Below, piece after piece: positions 27,415 through 36,988 of a stretch of DNA of 64,000 nt. The notes beneath the pieces were generated by a model that was given only the letters and a program-made list of their open reading frames with translations, had not been told where the DNA came from and did no database searches. Within the stretch, counting starts at the first letter, position 1, and the number at the start of each line of letters is the position of its first letter. Position numbers and translations under genes: made by a program. The stretch comes from Candidatus Pacearchaeota archaeon. GTDB taxonomy: Archaea > Nanobdellota > Nanobdellia > Pacearchaeales > GW2011-AR1. The DNA lies in assembly GCA_016866995.1 (NCBI GenBank), contig VGKQ01000001.1:16194-80193 (forward strand), in the 5' to 3' direction.

Positions 27415-28071
27415 ATGACAGAAATAAATGGCGAGACAGCCCTTGAAGTCTGGAAAAAAGCTCTTAAACTTTTAATAGAGCAGGGAACAGATTATGAAGA
27501 CAGAAGAAACAGGATATGCCGCGAGTATCTTAACTTGATTCTTACAATTGAAGACACAAAAAATGTTGACAAGCCAGTAGAAGTTTTAAACAGCTTTGGA
27601 AAATGGGTTTATCCTCCAATTGAAGAGCTTAAAGCATTTTTCCTAGGAAAAAAAGAAGCGCCTGGATATTATTATCATTACGGAGACAGAGCATTCAATC
27701 CCGCATGGAGAAACCAGGTTGATGATTATATTATTCCTCTTCTCAAGTCAAATCCCACAACAAAAAGGGCAATAATTATATTTTACAATCCAAAAATTGA
27801 TTCATATGTCAACAGAAAAGAAATTCCTGGCCTGATTATGGTTAATTTTAATCTGAGAAAAAATAAGCTTCATGTTACATCAATAATAAGGAGCAATGAC
27901 ATGTTTCACGGCTGGCCCGGAAATGTCTGCCAGATAAACATGCTGCAGGAATACATTGCAAAACAAGTCGGATGCCAGGCTGGGAAGATAGTCACAATTT
28001 CCGTCGCTGCCCACATATTTGACGACCAGTTTGAAGACATAGAAAAAGTTATAGCAATGAAAGAAAAATAA
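27415..28071 (+). CDS. Thymidylate synthase (ThyA)-family protein, short archaeal form; the catalytic Cys is not evident
   Basis: AIIIFYNP aligns with (iivsaWNP), and IRSNDMFHGWPGNV aligns with (qRSCDvfLGlPFNI). The segment aligning with the PCH motif reads PGLIMVNF. Confidence 0.5.
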   Translation: MTEINGETALEVWKKALKLLIEQGTDYEDRRNRICREYLNLILTIEDTKNVDKPVEVLNSFGKWVYPPIEELKAFFLGKKEAPGYYYHYGDRAFNPAWRNQVDDYIIPLLKSNPTTKRAIIIFYNPKIDSYVNRKEIPGLIMVNFNLRKNKLHVTSIIRSNDMFHGWPGNVCQINMLQEYIAKQVGCQAGKIVTISVAAHIFDDQFEDIEKVIAMKEK

Positions 28072-28099
28072 TTTTTATAAATGAAACTCTTTTAATACT
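28072..28099 (+). repeat. Left copy of a 27-bp perfect direct repeat, ttttataaatgaaactcttttaatact
   Basis: It is identical to 30582-30608 and overlaps the stop of the nucleotidyltransferase gene. Confidence 0.8.
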
Positions 28100-29132
28100 T
28101 TCTACATATATCAAGCAAAATATCTCTTGGCTCTCTTTTATTTGTATATTTTATAAAATCCATAAGTGAAAAAACATCATCTATGCTGAATGCCTCATCT
28201 TCTTCAACAAAAAATACCTTAACTCTATTTTGTGAATAAAAATAATCTGAATTATTATTGCCTCTAATAAATCTTCTTGCAAATTCCATACCCCATATAC
28301 TACCACACTTTATTCCAAAATATCCTGCCCTTCCAAAATTAGGGTTTCCAAATTTATATATTTCCGCGACTCTGTCATCATCTATATTAAAATTTTGAAT
28401 ACTTAATCCAAGATTTTCTATACTTCCTGGTTTTACTATTATTGTAGCACTATTTTCAGGTTCATCTTGATAATGAAAATTTATTGCTCTTTCTAATATT
28501 CCTGGCTTTCTATAAACATCTGCAGTTAATCTTAATATTATATCAACTTCTCTTTTTTCTAAAGCCTCACTCATTCTTAGAAAAGCTTCTTGCTTGGGCG
28601 TCTGTCTTCCTCGCAAATAAACTATTTCTGGCATATTCCAAAATCTGCTAATTCTATTAACATTTTTCCCTGCAGAAACAAAATTTATATCACATTCCTG
28701 ATAAATTTCTTTTAAAACCAATCCTATAATATGTTCTAATTTTCCAAATACAGGAACTTCAATCAAAGGTTTACACTGATCTGCTCCAATTAATGACAAT
28801 CTTGTTCCATCTCCTCCTGCGAGAATAAAAGAAGCAATTCCTCGATTTTTTGAATTTCTACTAAAACTAAAATCATGACTTAAACCCGGCATAATATTAT
28901 TATAATGCAAAAAATTATACAAAACAATTACTTCAATAGCTTGGCTGATTTTTCTTTCTTGTCCTCTTACACTTGCAGTATATTGGAATTTTTTAATTCT
29001 TTCTAAATTACTGGAAATTAATTTATGAGCATAATCAATAAATAAAGCAGTAGCAATCCCATCATTTCTAAGTTGATTAACATAAGATAAATAAATTTCT
29101 TTAAAGACTTCTTCAAATTTCATTTTAGACAT
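28092..29132 (-). CDS. Nucleotidyltransferase-family protein (sugar-nucleotide pyrophosphorylase-like fold) with an extra N-terminal domain
   Basis: ILAGGDGTRLSLIGADQCKPLIEV matches the LAGGxGTRL...KPL NTP-transferase signature. Confidence 0.55.
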   Translation of the reverse strand: MSKMKFEEVFKEIYLSYVNQLRNDGIATALFIDYAHKLISSNLERIKKFQYTASVRGQERKISQAIEVIVLYNFLHYNNIMPGLSHDFSFSRNSKNRGIASFILAGGDGTRLSLIGADQCKPLIEVPVFGKLEHIIGLVLKEIYQECDINFVSAGKNVNRISRFWNMPEIVYLRGRQTPKQEAFLRMSEALEKREVDIILRLTADVYRKPGILERAINFHYQDEPENSATIIVKPGSIENLGLSIQNFNIDDDRVAEIYKFGNPNFGRAGYFGIKCGSIWGMEFARRFIRGNNNSDYFYSQNRVKVFFVEEDEAFSIDDVFSLMDFIKYTNKREPRDILLDICRKY

Positions 29133-29607
29133 CTATTTTTGAAACTGTTCCATCTTTTGTATCATAAATTATATAGCATGCGGGAATTTTTCTTCCCATA
29201 ATCTCCCCACAACACACCAACAAAGTGCCATCACTATCTCTTTCTATTTTAAAATCATGCAGATGTCCATAAAAAACAGCATCAAAACCTTTCAATCTTT
29301 TGGCTACTCTTTCTTCATGCGTGAATCCAATCTTTTTTTTATCAACTTTAAGTTCTCCAAAATCTTTGAAAAATTCTATATTAGCTTCTCTACACCCATC
29401 TACTAATCTATAATTTTTTATGTCAGAATCGCTGAAAACCAGATACTGCTTTTTTACAAGATTTTTTAATTCATTAATTATAAACGGAGAACATATATCC
29501 CCACAATTTATTACTGCTATTATTTCTGTATTAGAATTAATACTTTCTATAGCTTTTTTAAGATTCCATATATTGTCATGAATATCTGAGATAATTGCTA
29601 TTTTCAT
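29125..29607 (-). CDS. Metallophosphoesterase (calcineurin-like, YfcE/MJ0936 family)
   Basis: It carries IISDIHDN, GDICSP and GHLHD, the canonical phosphoesterase motifs. Confidence 0.8.
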   Translation of the reverse strand: MKIAIISDIHDNIWNLKKAIESINSNTEIIAVINCGDICSPFIINELKNLVKKQYLVFSDSDIKNYRLVDGCREANIEFFKDFGELKVDKKKIGFTHEERVAKRLKGFDAVFYGHLHDFKIERDSDGTLLVCCGEIMGRKIPACYIIYDTKDGTVSKIDV

Positions 29608-30545
29608 ATTATTTTGTCAATTATTTTTTGAGCGTCTCCTCTTACATAAATTATTGTTTCAGCAGAGTCTATTAAATTTTTTACGAATTCAGCCCTTTTA
29701 TTCATTTGCTCTTCATTATCCAAAGAAGGAATGGGGAGGCTATAATAAAGCAATGAAGTATTTCTTATCCTATTTGTTATTTGTTCATATATTTCTGAAG
29801 CCGCTTTTCTTTTATTTTTACAAGGAAGTATAGTAACTTTAGAATCTTCTATAATATGAGGGAATATTATAGTCAATTTTGGATTTAATATTTTGCTTCT
29901 GTATTTAAAAATATTTAGATTTATAGGGGTTTTTTCATAAAATTTGTTCACATTTTCAGTAATATTTTTTATTTTTTTAAATTTAGATAAAGTTTTATTA
30001 TTTATTGGAGAAAAAGCACTTGTTGGAAATATAATATATTTTTTATTTTCTTCCTTAATTGATGAAAGATCATTTCCTAATATCATTAGTCCTTTTTCTA
30101 CTGCTGCCAACAAACATGTTGTTTTACCACTCCCAGCATGCCCAACAAACATAAAAACTTTGTTTGTTTTTTTATCAATTACGCTACTTGCATGAATATT
30201 ATATATTTTTAATTTTTTTTCCAAACACAGAAGAACATAATTATATATAAAATATCTTAAAATACTATGTACTTCCCCAAACTTTTTTTCTAATTCTGAA
30301 AAAGGTCCTCTTAAAAAAAGAGTATTGTCTTTAATCATAAATTTAAGAGGATTATTATCATCTATAATATAACAATAAAAATCAATATTTTGCTGTTTGT
30401 CTTTTAAAACAATAAAATTTTCTTCAAATTTCTCTTTTAGTTTTATTTCTAACTTTCCATTTACAAAATCAAGGATATTTGAAACTAATTCAAAATTTAT
30501 ACCAAATACAGAAATTTTCTTACGATACATATTTAATTCTTTCAT
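29604..30545 (-). CDS. HPr-kinase-related P-loop kinase-like protein
   Basis: MFVGHAGSGKTTCLLAAVEKGLMILGNDL resembles the HprK C-terminal domain (GxSGxGKS...GhrLvaDD). Its stop overlaps the start of the phosphoesterase gene. Confidence 0.5.
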   Translation of the reverse strand: MKELNMYRKKISVFGINFELVSNILDFVNGKLEIKLKEKFEENFIVLKDKQQNIDFYCYIIDDNNPLKFMIKDNTLFLRGPFSELEKKFGEVHSILRYFIYNYVLLCLEKKLKIYNIHASSVIDKKTNKVFMFVGHAGSGKTTCLLAAVEKGLMILGNDLSSIKEENKKYIIFPTSAFSPINNKTLSKFKKIKNITENVNKFYEKTPINLNIFKYRSKILNPKLTIIFPHIIEDSKVTILPCKNKRKAASEIYEQITNRIRNTSLLYYSLPIPSLDNEEQMNKRAEFVKNLIDSAETIIYVRGDAQKIIDKII

Positions 30546-30581
30546 TAAAAATAATCACTAAAAAGCATACTTTAATCAGCC

Positions 30582-30608
30582 TTTTATAAATGAAACTCTT
30601 TTAATACT
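30582..30608 (+). repeat. Right copy of the 27-bp perfect direct repeat, ttttataaatgaaactcttttaatact
   Basis: It is identical to the left copy and lies 37 nt upstream of the kinase start on the minus strand. Confidence 0.8.
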
Positions 30609-30646
30609 GAAAGTCTTATTAAAATTCCTTGTTTTCCTGATATTTT

Positions 30647-30982
30647 ATGCCAAATATTATTGAATTATATTTTTTTCAGAACAAGTATAATCAATCTGAA
30701 TCAAAAGAAGCGAAATTTATTTCAAGGATTAAAGAAATTTTTCCAGAAATTCAAGTAAAAGAGATTGATATTGTAAAGGCAGCAACGCCTGAATTTTCAG
30801 AAATTGCTCTTGACTTGATAAAAAATCAAGGAATTATTTCTCTGCCAATTGTAATAATAAATGACAAATTAATAAGCAAGGGGAAATTGCCAGATATTCA
30901 AGAAATAATTGAGGAATTAAGGAGCAAGCAGGATATCAGCGAGAAAATAAGAGACATGTTTAACAAATTTCAGGATTTTTAA
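30647..30982 (+). CDS. Hypothetical small protein (111 aa)
   Basis: ORF only; it may have a thioredoxin-like fold but there is no CxxC. Confidence 0.3.
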   Translation: MPNIIELYFFQNKYNQSESKEAKFISRIKEIFPEIQVKEIDIVKAATPEFSEIALDLIKNQGIISLPIVIINDKLISKGKLPDIQEIIEELRSKQDISEKIRDMFNKFQDF

Positions 30983-31197
30983 TAAAAAACCAAAATATTA
31001 GCTTCTGTTATTAATGTTGATTAAATGTAATCCAATTTACTAAACTTTAACAAATCAATATTAATATCTTTAATAATTACAATAAATTAGCTTACAAGTT
31101 AATTATAGTTCAAAGATTTTTTATTTGGAAAATATACTAATAACAGAAAATTAATTTTCCCCACCCAGCAATATTAACTTAATTCAATAATGTATAA

Positions 31198-33573
31198 TTA
31201 TGAAGCAGAGTTGTACATTCTTGCTATAATTGTGCAGTCAGCAGGATTTGGCTGATTTCCACTTGAGTCTACGCATTTGATATAATAGTTTGTGCTTGTC
31301 TTCCAGTCAGTATAATGATATGTTGTGTTTGCATATAATAATTGTGTTCCGGTGTTTAATGCAAAATTGCACTTCTGATTTACAGCTTCTGAATAATAGC
31401 AAGTTGATTTCTCATTTGTCTCAATTCTTAATTTTCCTCCTTCATTATACAGCCTTGTAACAAACGGAGCCTGCCTGTCTACTTGCACTGTAAATTTTGT
31501 GGAATTGTAGTCTGCATTATTTCCCAAATCAACGCACTTGAAATAATATGTGTATGTTCCAGGAGGCAGCTGCTGATTTTGCTTGTGTTTGCTTGAACCA
31601 GTTTCAAACATTTTTATGTAGCTTGAATCAGTATTTTGCTGGGAATAATAGCACATTGCATCTCCATTATTAAAACCGTTTCCTGTTTCAACTTCCAAAT
31701 CAACAGAAACAACATTTGCATATCCCTGAACTGTTCCGTTCGGTCCTGTTTTCAAAATATTCACAGGCTGTGTTCCTTTCAATATAAATGGATAGCTTTC
31801 TGCATTTGTATTTCTGTCATTTTGATTTTCCAGTGTTGGCTGGTCTCTGCATCTGAAGAAAAACTGATTGTCTTTTCTGTTTTCCAAGCCATTTAAAGTT
31901 GTATAGCACTTGTAAAGCATATTATTATTTATATTCCAGACATTCTGCGCACAAGTCATTGTATTTTCCATCAAATCATAATCTTTATCCTGCTTGCTCC
32001 ATCTGCAGTCAGCAGGCTCGTTTGTATAAACTTCTATATCTGTCTCATTCAAGCCAAACTGGAAAGGCATTCCAGACGGAATGCTTGTCCCAACAATTTC
32101 AGGAGGAGTTGTGTCAGGCCCTTTTTCAACGCAGAATCTTATTGCAAATTCATCCTCATTTATATTTCCATTCCCGTCCTGGCATCTTACATATAAAGTG
32201 TATATTCCGTCATGCTTGAGTTCAGGAGATGCATTCTGCATTGCACTTGGGCTTGGAAGTCTTAATGTCTGGCTGTGATTGTAGTCATACAAATTACTCT
32301 CTCCAAAATAAAACTGCATGTTTGAGTATGCGTTCTTGACATCTCTTACGTTTACAGTGTGATTATAATCTATTTTGCATTGTGTAGGCTCATTAGTTGA
32401 AATTCCAAATGTTATTGGAGTAAAAGCTTTAATACAGCCATCTGAAGCAGCATCTCTTGTAACTCTCATTCCTGTTCTAGGCGGACGTATGTTTACATCT
32501 TTATACGAGTGTCCTTTGCTTAAAACTTCCAGCCACGGAGCTATTGTCGGAGATGTTACATCATGAGGATTTTTCCAGTAGCACAACAATCCTTCTTTGC
32601 TTGGAACAACATCACATCCCTGCCCGAGTGATTTGCATCTGTATTCAGAACACGGACGCATTAAATCTTTATTGCATAACTCACAATATTTTCCTCCTGT
32701 TGGAGCTTCATATGGCTTGCATTCAAATACAACTTGTTTCTTGCTTTCTTTTTTCCATAACATATTCAAGACAAGCAATCCAACTCCAACTGCAATTCCC
32801 AAGCTTAAAAGCTGAGCCTGTCCTGCATTTGCCAAGCCAAGAGGCAATCCTTCAGTAGCTTTCGCACCCCAGACAGCTTTTCCTCCTCCCCACATCTCAA
32901 GATTTAATCCTTTTCCTGTTAAAATAGGTGATAATATCTGATATGTCATTGCTCCTGCAAATGCAGCCACTCCAAGAGCTTTCTGATTATTCTTGCTCAA
33001 TCCAAACATTCCTCCTCCAAGATATCCCACAAGCCCTATAACTCCTGCATAAAATAATGAACTGATAATAGAATCAGCTGCCAATGCTCCGAGAATATTC
33101 GAGCTTGCAGCAGCTCCTCCTGTCCCAGATGTTCCTACTTCTACAAGTTTGTTGCCTGCTCCCATTTCATATATTTTGTTTTTATACATAAGCTGACTTA
33201 AATCAGCATTAAATCTTACTTCTGACAGAGGAACTGCTCCTATGCCAGGTATATTAACACTATTTCCAAGAAGAAATCCTGAAAAAGGGTCTCCGGGCTT
33301 CATAATTCTTGTAAAAGCTTCTGCAACCTTCACAGGAGGGGCAACAGGGGGCGCAGGCGGAGGATTTGTAGCAGTAAGAATAATATTTGTTGTTGGTGTA
33401 GAATGATAGCTTAATCTTAAATCCATTGGTTTCAAAGATTCTTCTATGCTCGGCAAGCCAGGTACTTGAGCATCAGCAAGAGAAATCAAAAATGAAAAAG
33501 CAGCAACAGCTATAATTAAATCTGCAATTATAAAAATTGCTTTACCCCTTTTTCCCTCTTTTTTATTTCTCAT
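31198..33573 (-). CDS. Cysteine-rich membrane/surface protein, 'C-module' (791 aa), paralogous to the C-terminal half of 36989..41053
   Basis: It has an N-terminal TM, a Gly/Ala-rich multi-helix region and a Cys-rich ectodomain. Shared blocks with the giant protein include CKPYEAPTGGKYCELC... vs CKPWQPPVGGSDCDKC..., ADCRWSKQDK and PFVTRLYNEGG vs PYVTRVYNSQG. Confidence 0.6.
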   Translation of the reverse strand: MRNKKEGKRGKAIFIIADLIIAVAAFSFLISLADAQVPGLPSIEESLKPMDLRLSYHSTPTTNIILTATNPPPAPPVAPPVKVAEAFTRIMKPGDPFSGFLLGNSVNIPGIGAVPLSEVRFNADLSQLMYKNKIYEMGAGNKLVEVGTSGTGGAAASSNILGALAADSIISSLFYAGVIGLVGYLGGGMFGLSKNNQKALGVAAFAGAMTYQILSPILTGKGLNLEMWGGGKAVWGAKATEGLPLGLANAGQAQLLSLGIAVGVGLLVLNMLWKKESKKQVVFECKPYEAPTGGKYCELCNKDLMRPCSEYRCKSLGQGCDVVPSKEGLLCYWKNPHDVTSPTIAPWLEVLSKGHSYKDVNIRPPRTGMRVTRDAASDGCIKAFTPITFGISTNEPTQCKIDYNHTVNVRDVKNAYSNMQFYFGESNLYDYNHSQTLRLPSPSAMQNASPELKHDGIYTLYVRCQDGNGNINEDEFAIRFCVEKGPDTTPPEIVGTSIPSGMPFQFGLNETDIEVYTNEPADCRWSKQDKDYDLMENTMTCAQNVWNINNNMLYKCYTTLNGLENRKDNQFFFRCRDQPTLENQNDRNTNAESYPFILKGTQPVNILKTGPNGTVQGYANVVSVDLEVETGNGFNNGDAMCYYSQQNTDSSYIKMFETGSSKHKQNQQLPPGTYTYYFKCVDLGNNADYNSTKFTVQVDRQAPFVTRLYNEGGKLRIETNEKSTCYYSEAVNQKCNFALNTGTQLLYANTTYHYTDWKTSTNYYIKCVDSSGNQPNPADCTIIARMYNSAS

Positions 33574-33578
33574 CTTTT

Positions 33579-34268
33579 TTATTTTGTAACTAACATAAAT
33601 TCCTGCCTTCCGGCAGTGACACCATCAATTTCCAATTCAACAGCGCATGAAAGTCTTAATCCTCTTGCACCGCTTTTATTGTCAAAAAATTGCCTTGAAT
33701 AAATCATTCCTCCCGGGCTTACTTCATTTTCTGGCTCTCTTTCTATATCCTTTCCGTCGTCATACCAGACAAGCCTCATTTTTGCGGTTCTGCCTGTCTG
33801 ATTTAATCCTATTACAGTAATATTCTCTCCTTGGTTATATTGCCTTTTTTCAAAGCCAGACAACTCGCTTTTTCTGAGAAATTTATCTCCATTGTCAATC
33901 CAGTCATTGCACAAAATTAAAACAGGCAATCCATTTTCAAAATGAGTTTGCTGTACTTGCATAAATCTTCCAACATAAATATCCATTTTATTTGTCCATG
34001 AATTATACCTGTAAACATTATCTCCTAATCTTGCAAACTTCCAGTCAGGACTTACTAAGCAATTTGCAGTTCTTACATTCCCAACATATATTTCTCTTCC
34101 AGCAGGCACCCAGTTAATAGAATTAATATCAACAGCTACTGGCTGGCATTCCTCTCTTGGTGGCATATACGAGCCAAAATATCCCCCACCCCAGCATCCT
34201 GCAATACTTGCAGCTGCAGCACTTGCAAGTGCTGCCAATCCTCCCTTCATAAAATTTCTTCTGTCCAT
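33579..34268 (-). CDS. Putative Tat-signal lipoprotein (229 aa)
   Basis: The N-terminus MDRRNFMKGGLAALASAAAASIAGC has a twin-arginine motif (RRNFMK) and a lipobox-like AGC. Confidence 0.45.
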   Translation of the reverse strand: MDRRNFMKGGLAALASAAAASIAGCWGGGYFGSYMPPREECQPVAVDINSINWVPAGREIYVGNVRTANCLVSPDWKFARLGDNVYRYNSWTNKMDIYVGRFMQVQQTHFENGLPVLILCNDWIDNGDKFLRKSELSGFEKRQYNQGENITVIGLNQTGRTAKMRLVWYDDGKDIEREPENEVSPGGMIYSRQFFDNKSGARGLRLSCAVELEIDGVTAGRQEFMLVTK

Positions 34269-34330
34269 TTTCCTTGTTTTTCCTTATATAAACTTATATT
34301 TAAATCTTTTGTTTTGTTATTATTTAAAAG

Positions 34331-36157
34331 TTACATCACTTTTAAGCTTTCTAATAATCCCTGATTTATTGATTTATTTTGAATTTCAGCACTGGCTGTA
34401 GACAATCCTAAAAGCCAGTCTCCCCCCTTAAGCAAAGGCAAAAATAATTTTGTTCCAGAAACTCCAAAGCCACTTGAAAGATATTTGTAAACTCCTTCTG
34501 AGCCAGTGCAGTCTCCCAAAGCCCTGCAGATTTCTTCATTTTTCTTCTGCCAAGTATCACCCCCGCACTCGCAATTCTCAACACAATCCTCACTCCCTCC
34601 AAACAATCCTTTTTTCTCATACTCAATTGTGCACGCAGCATTTCCAAGGCTGCATTGTGATTGCGCCTCTCCTGCCTGCCAGAATTTCAAGCCAGGAGGA
34701 TAATTAGGCACACAAACCGCTCCTTTCAAAGTTTTTGGTTCATTTTCATCTTCTTCATCTCCTCCAAGAATTCCTGAAGAAGTTGTTTTCTCGGGCTCTG
34801 GAAAGCTTCCTGAACTTGAGCTTGTGCTTGCCTGAACTCCTGCAAGAATGCTTGTTCCAATTGCCCCTTCAATCCACTGGCAGTCTCCTTTGTCAACATT
34901 CTCACAGTCTTCTTTTGTCTTGAATGTCACGCAATTCTGCCACCTGTTTGCAATACACCCTGCCTGCTGAAAATCTCCTTTATCAGTTGTAATTTTATCT
35001 TGTAAACAAATCTCTGCTCTTAAATCAGCGCACGGCTCTACAAGCTCCTCGCCAGCAACGCAAATATGCTTCCAGTATCTTGAGCCAGCAGGATCTTTTC
35101 CTTTCCCTGTTCCATCATCATATATGCACCAGCTTTCACCATGTCGATAATCTTTTCCATCTTTTGTGTTCTTGCAGTTCAAATCCCTGCATATAAAATC
35201 TCCATATGTCGGCCTTCTTGCATCCTTGCTTGCATCATACTTCCTGCAAAAACTTCCGCCAAAATAATCACAATTTCCACAAGATACAGAATTTGCATTC
35301 GAGTTTGTATTTCCAGCCCCGCACGAATCTTTCTTTTCAATAATTTTTCTCCAGTATGCAGGCTCATCAATTTTTGCAGCATCATAAATATTCGCAGGAT
35401 TCCCGCACGTGTCCTTGAAATAAACTTCATCTCTTCCATCCACACATCCTGTTTTAACTTCTCCTTTGCTGTTTCTTCTTGCGCAGTTTGTTCCAAGCTC
35501 TTCAGCAGTGCACAAATAATCTTTGTGAAAGCTCGAGTTGCCTGTATAATTTCCTGTTTTCTTTTTCATTGCCTCGCACTCTCCTTTTGTTGTGAACTTG
35601 CATGTTTTTGTAAAATCCTGCTCATACACGCACGCTCCTTTGTCCTGGGCATGCGCAAGTGCAATGCATGCTGTTTCTGACTGAACATCTGTTCTGAAAT
35701 TAATCTGAACTCCAAAAAATGAAGAAAGCTTTTTGCATCTTACAAGAGTTACAAATGCTGCCTGGTCGCTGAATACACAGCATCCTAAATTGCATTGCGG
35801 AATTTCACATTTTGCAGAATCTGCCCATGTCCCATTGCTCGCCTGGCACACTAATTGCGGAGTGTTTTCCATGCATATTCCTTCCTTGCTGTCATAACAG
35901 CATCCCTGCCTGCAGTAAGATGTTGCATCGCATGATGTTGGAGTTATTCTAAAGCCAGAATCACAAGATTGTGTCAATGCATTCTGGCACCAAGCTCCAT
36001 AAATTGTTTTTTCACAGCAGACATTTGTCTGCTGTGCTGATGTTTGTGTTAATACAATAATAGACAATAAAAAAGCCATTCCAATAATTACAAAAGAAAA
36101 TATCATTCTCTTGATTAATTCTCTTTTTCTTTTTTCTTTAATCTTTTTTTGTTTCAT
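34331..36157 (-). CDS. Cysteine-rich membrane/surface protein, 'N-module' (608 aa), paralogous to the N-terminal half of 36989..41053
   Basis: An N-terminal TM is followed by a Cys-dense ectodomain (CC pairs). The 20-aa block CVDGRDEVYFKDTCGNPANIY is identical to one in the giant protein, and the two share a 60-nt identical DNA tract. Confidence 0.6.
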   Translation of the reverse strand: MKQKKIKEKRKRELIKRMIFSFVIIGMAFLLSIIVLTQTSAQQTNVCCEKTIYGAWCQNALTQSCDSGFRITPTSCDATSYCRQGCCYDSKEGICMENTPQLVCQASNGTWADSAKCEIPQCNLGCCVFSDQAAFVTLVRCKKLSSFFGVQINFRTDVQSETACIALAHAQDKGACVYEQDFTKTCKFTTKGECEAMKKKTGNYTGNSSFHKDYLCTAEELGTNCARRNSKGEVKTGCVDGRDEVYFKDTCGNPANIYDAAKIDEPAYWRKIIEKKDSCGAGNTNSNANSVSCGNCDYFGGSFCRKYDASKDARRPTYGDFICRDLNCKNTKDGKDYRHGESWCIYDDGTGKGKDPAGSRYWKHICVAGEELVEPCADLRAEICLQDKITTDKGDFQQAGCIANRWQNCVTFKTKEDCENVDKGDCQWIEGAIGTSILAGVQASTSSSSGSFPEPEKTTSSGILGGDEEDENEPKTLKGAVCVPNYPPGLKFWQAGEAQSQCSLGNAACTIEYEKKGLFGGSEDCVENCECGGDTWQKKNEEICRALGDCTGSEGVYKYLSSGFGVSGTKLFLPLLKGGDWLLGLSTASAEIQNKSINQGLLESLKVM

Positions 36158-36172
36158 TTTTTATAGATTATT

Positions 36173-36940
36173 TTATTTATTCACATATTTGTCAACACCA
36201 TAACCAGGAGGCCAGCTCAAGCTTCTTGTGGCAAACACAAGTTTTTCTCCTGTAATTCTGTGAGTTAAAGTATAAATCTTGCTTCCATCCTCAAGCTTCA
36301 TTTTCTCAATTTTAATATCAGGATAATACATCATAAATGTTTCTGGAGCAGAATCTCCTTCCCTTGCCTCCCAGTTTAAGATACTTGAGGCAATCATAAT
36401 CAAATCATACATCTCACTGTTCCTGGCAATGCTAAATTTTTCATAATTCTCGCTTGCTCCTTTTGTCAGAGTTACTTTCGAGTTAATTGTTATTTTTATG
36501 CTTCCAGATTCAATTTCTGTTGAAACTTCGGGCTTGCTTGAACTTGTTTGATATCCTTTGCTCTTGTAATCATTTATAAGCTCATTTAAACAAGTTTCTG
36601 CCTTATCTTTCATATAACTTGAGATTTCTTTTTCAACATGCTCCAATAATAATGGCTGCTGCATTGTGCATGTTTTATAATACTCATTTGTATAGCACAA
36701 ATATTCAATTTTATTTTCTTTATACATAATAGAATGCTCTGGCTCAAGGCTTCCCCCCCTTTCTGTAATATTTTCTATTATTCCCATATGCTGATTCATG
36801 CACTCTTCAATATAGCCAGAAGGAGTTTTTGGAGCTGCCCCTAAACTTGATAATCTTGGATAAAAAATAATTATTAACAAGCCGATAAGAACAATTGCTA
36901 TAATTATAAATATTGTCACCTGCGATTTTTTATTTATCAT
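36173..36940 (-). CDS. Pilin-like small membrane-anchored protein (255 aa), paralog of 41202..41981
   Basis: The N-terminus MINKKSQVTIFIIIAIVLIGLLIII is a class III-like signal (KS|Q). It shares YLCY...C.MQ.PL..EH.E.EI..Y with its paralog. Confidence 0.5.
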   Translation of the reverse strand: MINKKSQVTIFIIIAIVLIGLLIIIFYPRLSSLGAAPKTPSGYIEECMNQHMGIIENITERGGSLEPEHSIMYKENKIEYLCYTNEYYKTCTMQQPLLLEHVEKEISSYMKDKAETCLNELINDYKSKGYQTSSSKPEVSTEIESGSIKITINSKVTLTKGASENYEKFSIARNSEMYDLIMIASSILNWEAREGDSAPETFMMYYPDIKIEKMKLEDGSKIYTLTHRITGEKLVFATRSLSWPPGYGVDKYVNK

Positions 36941-36988
36941 TTTCCCTCTTTTTTCATAATCATTTTAATATTCTGCCTATTATAAATA

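Noticed and set aside
34408-35680. Several 60-180-aa ORFs on both strands inside the giant Cys-rich genes (e.g. 35141..35680 +, 35179..35496 -)
   Set aside because: They are antisense or alternative-frame shadows within long, clearly paralogous coding regions.
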